From an uncultured archaeon (GTDB taxonomy: Archaea > Asgardarchaeota > Thorarchaeia > Thorarchaeales > Thorarchaeaceae), in contig CAZSWP010000024.1 of assembly GCA_964610875.1 (NCBI GenBank), positions 1-31,159 on the forward strand: a stretch of DNA of 31,159 nt. The letters are read 5' to 3'. Both the position numbers and the translations under genes were made by a program. The notes under the pieces were generated by a model. The model did not search any database, was not told the origin of the DNA, and saw only the letters and a list, made by a program, of their open reading frames with translations. This document shows, in pieces, positions 28,381 through 31,159 of the stretch (positions within the stretch are counted from its first letter, which is position 1; each line of letters starts with the position of its first letter).

Positions 28381-30408
28381 TTGATGCCATATGTGAAAAA
28401 TCTCATGAACAGCGGTCGATATGTTCCACGTATCATGGTTATACTGATAGTATCAGTCATTTTCTTGACGCCTATTCCTGCTATGAACCAAGATGCAATT
28501 ATAGGAACCATAGATCCAGTTCGAAATGAAACACTTACTGCCACCAGCTTCGATGTTCAAAATAGTTGGAACAGTATATTTTCATCGGTTAGCCTAACAA
28601 ATTTGAGAGCGCTAGTCAAGGAATTAAGTGAAGATTATCCTCAACGTATATGGTATCCTTTGGACAAAGCGCCTTCTGCCCCTCTTGCTGGAGCTCATGC
28701 ATGGGCTAATACTACATTGAGTTCAAACACCCAGAACGGTCTTATATTTCGATATTTCTGTGAACAGATGAATCTTGTAGCTATTAAGAATGGGACAAAT
28801 CCACTGGCTGCCCCCATTTTCATTGTGGGAACCATATCGAGTCGATACAGTCCGGGTGCAAATTATTTGGGGGCGTCGGTTGCCGCGGTCATCGAAACGG
28901 CAAGAATTCTAGACCCGATGCAACTAACAAATGATGTTTACTATCTGCTAAGTAATACTAATGCAGGGAGATTTGGAGGTGGTAACGGAGACTTGGGAGT
29001 TCAAGCAATGTTGAACTATCTGGAAGATAGAAATATTCAGCCGGCAGCAATTTTCGCATATCACCAATTATTGGCCTCGGATAATGGAGAATCTGACGGA
29101 AATTATGTACAGCTCTCTTACCAGTCTACAGATAATCAGATTAGGCAATATGATTTCATAGATGCATTGTTTAGAAGAATTTCTTCAGAAGCTGGAAACA
29201 AGCGTTTAACTCAATATTCTGAAGGAGGTCATTGGTGGGAAAGGTCTGCGGCATATCAAGGATGGCAACATGAAATTCCCGGCTTCGTTATTACACAGAA
29301 GTATTTTGACGGTTATTCTGGAAGTGAGTACGACAATTTTGATGCTTGGCTATATGATTATACAATGGCTGTAGAAGCAGTCGGACTTGTTGCATCAGTA
29401 ATAGCAACTCTAGGGCAACTTGGGAAAGGTAATGCATTCAATCTGGAATACTCAGCCACGATGAACCCTGCTTCAACGAGAACAACAAGTGTTCTAACAA
29501 CATCCCAATCATATCTCAATGTGAGTGTATCATGGTCAGAAAATACATCTCTCACTGCGAGACTTCTTAACCATCAAGAAAATATTCTTTATGAGGATAG
29601 CAGCGAGAACAGGTCACTACAAATCAACTATCTGGTGATAAGCACTGGAGATATCACTCTATGGTTGAATAATACAGGAAATGAAACAGCTATTGTTAGT
29701 TATGCTTTCACTCATTTTCACGATTATGATAGAGATGGTTTGAATGACTATGGTGAGTCCATAATAGGAACAGACAGTCTATCAGTTGATACGGATCGTG
29801 ACTTTATACATGACCCAGACGAAGAAATCGTGGGAACAGATCCTACGAATTGTGACACTGATGCAGATACGGTACTAGATGGTATTGAAGTACAACTTGG
29901 AGCTAATCCGCTTTCTCAGGATTCGGACCAAGATGGTGTACCCGATGGTTACGAATACTATAATGGAATGAATCTAACATCATCAGACTCAGATAATGAT
30001 GGACTATTGGACGGTTTTGAGGTGGCTATGGGTCTGGATCCTACTTCAAGAGACTCAGATGGCGACGGTTTAGACGACAAGCAAGAAATAGAATACAACT
30101 TGGACCCATTATCCATAGATACAGATAACGATGGTCTAAATGATTATTTTGAGGTCATTAATGGATTGAATCCACTCTCATCTGACTCAGATAATGATGG
30201 ACTGTCAGATCTGTACGAGATTGAGAATGGCTTGTGTCCCACGAATCCAGACAGCGATTTTGATGGTATCAAAGATGGTGAGGATTTTGCACCATTAGAG
30301 CATTGGGTAAATATACTTCCATCAGTCGGTTTGGGGGTGTTCATTATTTTCTTTGGTTTTTGGTTGGGAATAAAAAGACACAGATACAATTCAGGTGAAA
30401 CTCAATGA
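28381..30408 (+). CDS. Surface protein: degenerate peptidase M28-like domain, beta-sandwich, thrombospondin type 3-like Ca-binding repeats, C-terminal TM anchor
   Basis: Signal/TM, NLVAIKNG, PGAN...SVAAVIETARIL, IPG, nine DxDxDG repeats, TM followed by KRHR. Confidence 0.8.
   Translation: MMPYVKNLMNSGRYVPRIMVILIVSVIFLTPIPAMNQDAIIGTIDPVRNETLTATSFDVQNSWNSIFSSVSLTNLRALVKELSEDYPQRIWYPLDKAPSAPLAGAHAWANTTLSSNTQNGLIFRYFCEQMNLVAIKNGTNPLAAPIFIVGTISSRYSPGANYLGASVAAVIETARILDPMQLTNDVYYLLSNTNAGRFGGGNGDLGVQAMLNYLEDRNIQPAAIFAYHQLLASDNGESDGNYVQLSYQSTDNQIRQYDFIDALFRRISSEAGNKRLTQYSEGGHWWERSAAYQGWQHEIPGFVITQKYFDGYSGSEYDNFDAWLYDYTMAVEAVGLVASVIATLGQLGKGNAFNLEYSATMNPASTRTTSVLTTSQSYLNVSVSWSENTSLTARLLNHQENILYEDSSENRSLQINYLVISTGDITLWLNNTGNETAIVSYAFTHFHDYDRDGLNDYGESIIGTDSLSVDTDRDFIHDPDEEIVGTDPTNCDTDADTVLDGIEVQLGANPLSQDSDQDGVPDGYEYYNGMNLTSSDSDNDGLLDGFEVAMGLDPTSRDSDGDGLDDKQEIEYNLDPLSIDTDNDGLNDYFEVINGLNPLSSDSDNDGLSDLYEIENGLCPTNPDSDFDGIKDGEDFAPLEHWVNILPSVGLGVFIIFFGFWLGIKRHRYNSGETQ
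29722..30285 (+). repeat. Eight complete 66-bp (22-aa) coding repeats plus one partial, consensus D[ST]DxDGLxDxxExxxGxDPxxx
   Basis: Units begin at 29722 (DYDRDG) and recur every 66 nt up to 30250 (DSDFDG); diverged at the DNA level. Confidence 0.92.
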
Positions 30409-30464
30409 GATGGTTTTGCTATAGTAGAAATCTACATAATAGTGGGATGAAGTGCATCAGAAAT

Positions 30465-31159
30465 ATGAGAGAGGTTTCAACACCCATCATAGGATTCTTA
30501 CTATTCTCATTGACTCTATCTCTATTCATCACCCCTTTGATGGGACCATATGAGTCTGTTCGTGTTGATCATGACTTGAAGAATAAGCTGACTCCCGCTG
30601 CTTTTGGTGAGTCCAACATAACTGCACTATGGGAGAGTATCTGGAATAGTACATCTGAAGATGATCTGATGGCATTGGTTCAAGAATTATCAGATGGATA
30701 TCCTTCACGAATCTGGTTTGAAGAGAATATGAGTGCATCAGTAAATCTACAAGGAGCATGGTCGTGGGCAAACAGTACTCTTCAGGATTTCACAGAAAAC
30801 GAACTATCATTCAATCACATCACTTCATTTGATTCATTGATTGCTCTACAGGAAGGCAGTGATGACTTGTTCAAACCTGCAGTATTCTTTATTGGAGAGA
30901 TAGATTCAGTTGACACACCTGGGGCAAATGATAGAGGTTCTACCGTAGCGGCAGTATTAGAACTTGCTAGATTACTCCACGACAAAGACATCGGTTTCGA
31001 CGTGTATTATGTACTCCTCAATGGAGGACTCTCAAATGTCAAAGCAGAAGGTGGAGGATCAGCTCTAGCTAACTGGATTGAGGAATCTAATATTGAAATA
31101 TACACCTCCATCTCATTTGAGAAGATATTGTATCAAGATACTGGACACTCCCTGAGTCC
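30465..31159 (+). CDS. Partial tandem paralog of 28381..30408 (M28-like surface protein); runs off the window and is absent from the ORF track
   Basis: Hand translation is open to the window end: MREVSTPIIGFLLFSLTLSLF...LVQELSDGYPSRIW...WANSTL...FIGEIDSVDTPGANDRGSTVAAVLELARLL...DVYY. An in-frame ATG also occurs at 30447. Confidence 0.88.
   Translation, partial: MREVSTPIIGFLLFSLTLSLFITPLMGPYESVRVDHDLKNKLTPAAFGESNITALWESIWNSTSEDDLMALVQELSDGYPSRIWFEENMSASVNLQGAWSWANSTLQDFTENELSFNHITSFDSLIALQEGSDDLFKPAVFFIGEIDSVDTPGANDRGSTVAAVLELARLLHDKDIGFDVYYVLLNGGLSNVKAEGGGSALANWIEESNIEIYTSISFEKILYQDTGHSLS

Noticed and set aside
29722-30285. 66-bp periodicity resembling a CRISPR repeat-spacer unit
   Set aside because: It lies in frame within a CDS, conservation is at the amino-acid level, there are no identical DNA repeats, and no cas genes are present.

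Overview
Gene-dense archaeal chromosomal window with no mobile element, CRISPR array or rRNA visible. The archaeal call rests on archaeal-type TPI, class I FBP aldolase, FBP aldolase/phosphatase, ABCE1, a small TOPRIM protein and a Mut7-C protein. Large membrane-anchored secreted proteins and giant FtsX permeases are reminiscent of Asgard (Thorarchaeota-like) genomes, but that is inference. From left to right: a truncated tRNA-Arg(CCG); two ribbon-helix-helix regulators, one CdrS-like; a sugar-phosphate cluster (DUF89 phosphatase, tpiA, FBP aldolase/phosphatase, class I aldolase, uridine phosphorylase); an RNA/translation cluster (ABCE1, box C/D sRNA, YkgJ, PHP, Mut7-C); a five-gene MacB/LolCDE-type ABC operon; mobB; and tandem M28-fold surface proteins with Ca-binding repeats. 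The most notable unannotated signals are: (1) an intergenic dual-guide box C/D sRNA whose two guides appear to target nearby 16S rRNA sites; (2) an orphan 91-aa protein resembling ribosomal protein eL39 with an acidic tail; (3) ABCE1 with Glu replacing a conserved Fe-S cysteine; (4) intact but apparently catalytically dead enzyme homologues (NIF3 and two M28 folds). All family assignments come from motif recognition by eye; no searches were run.
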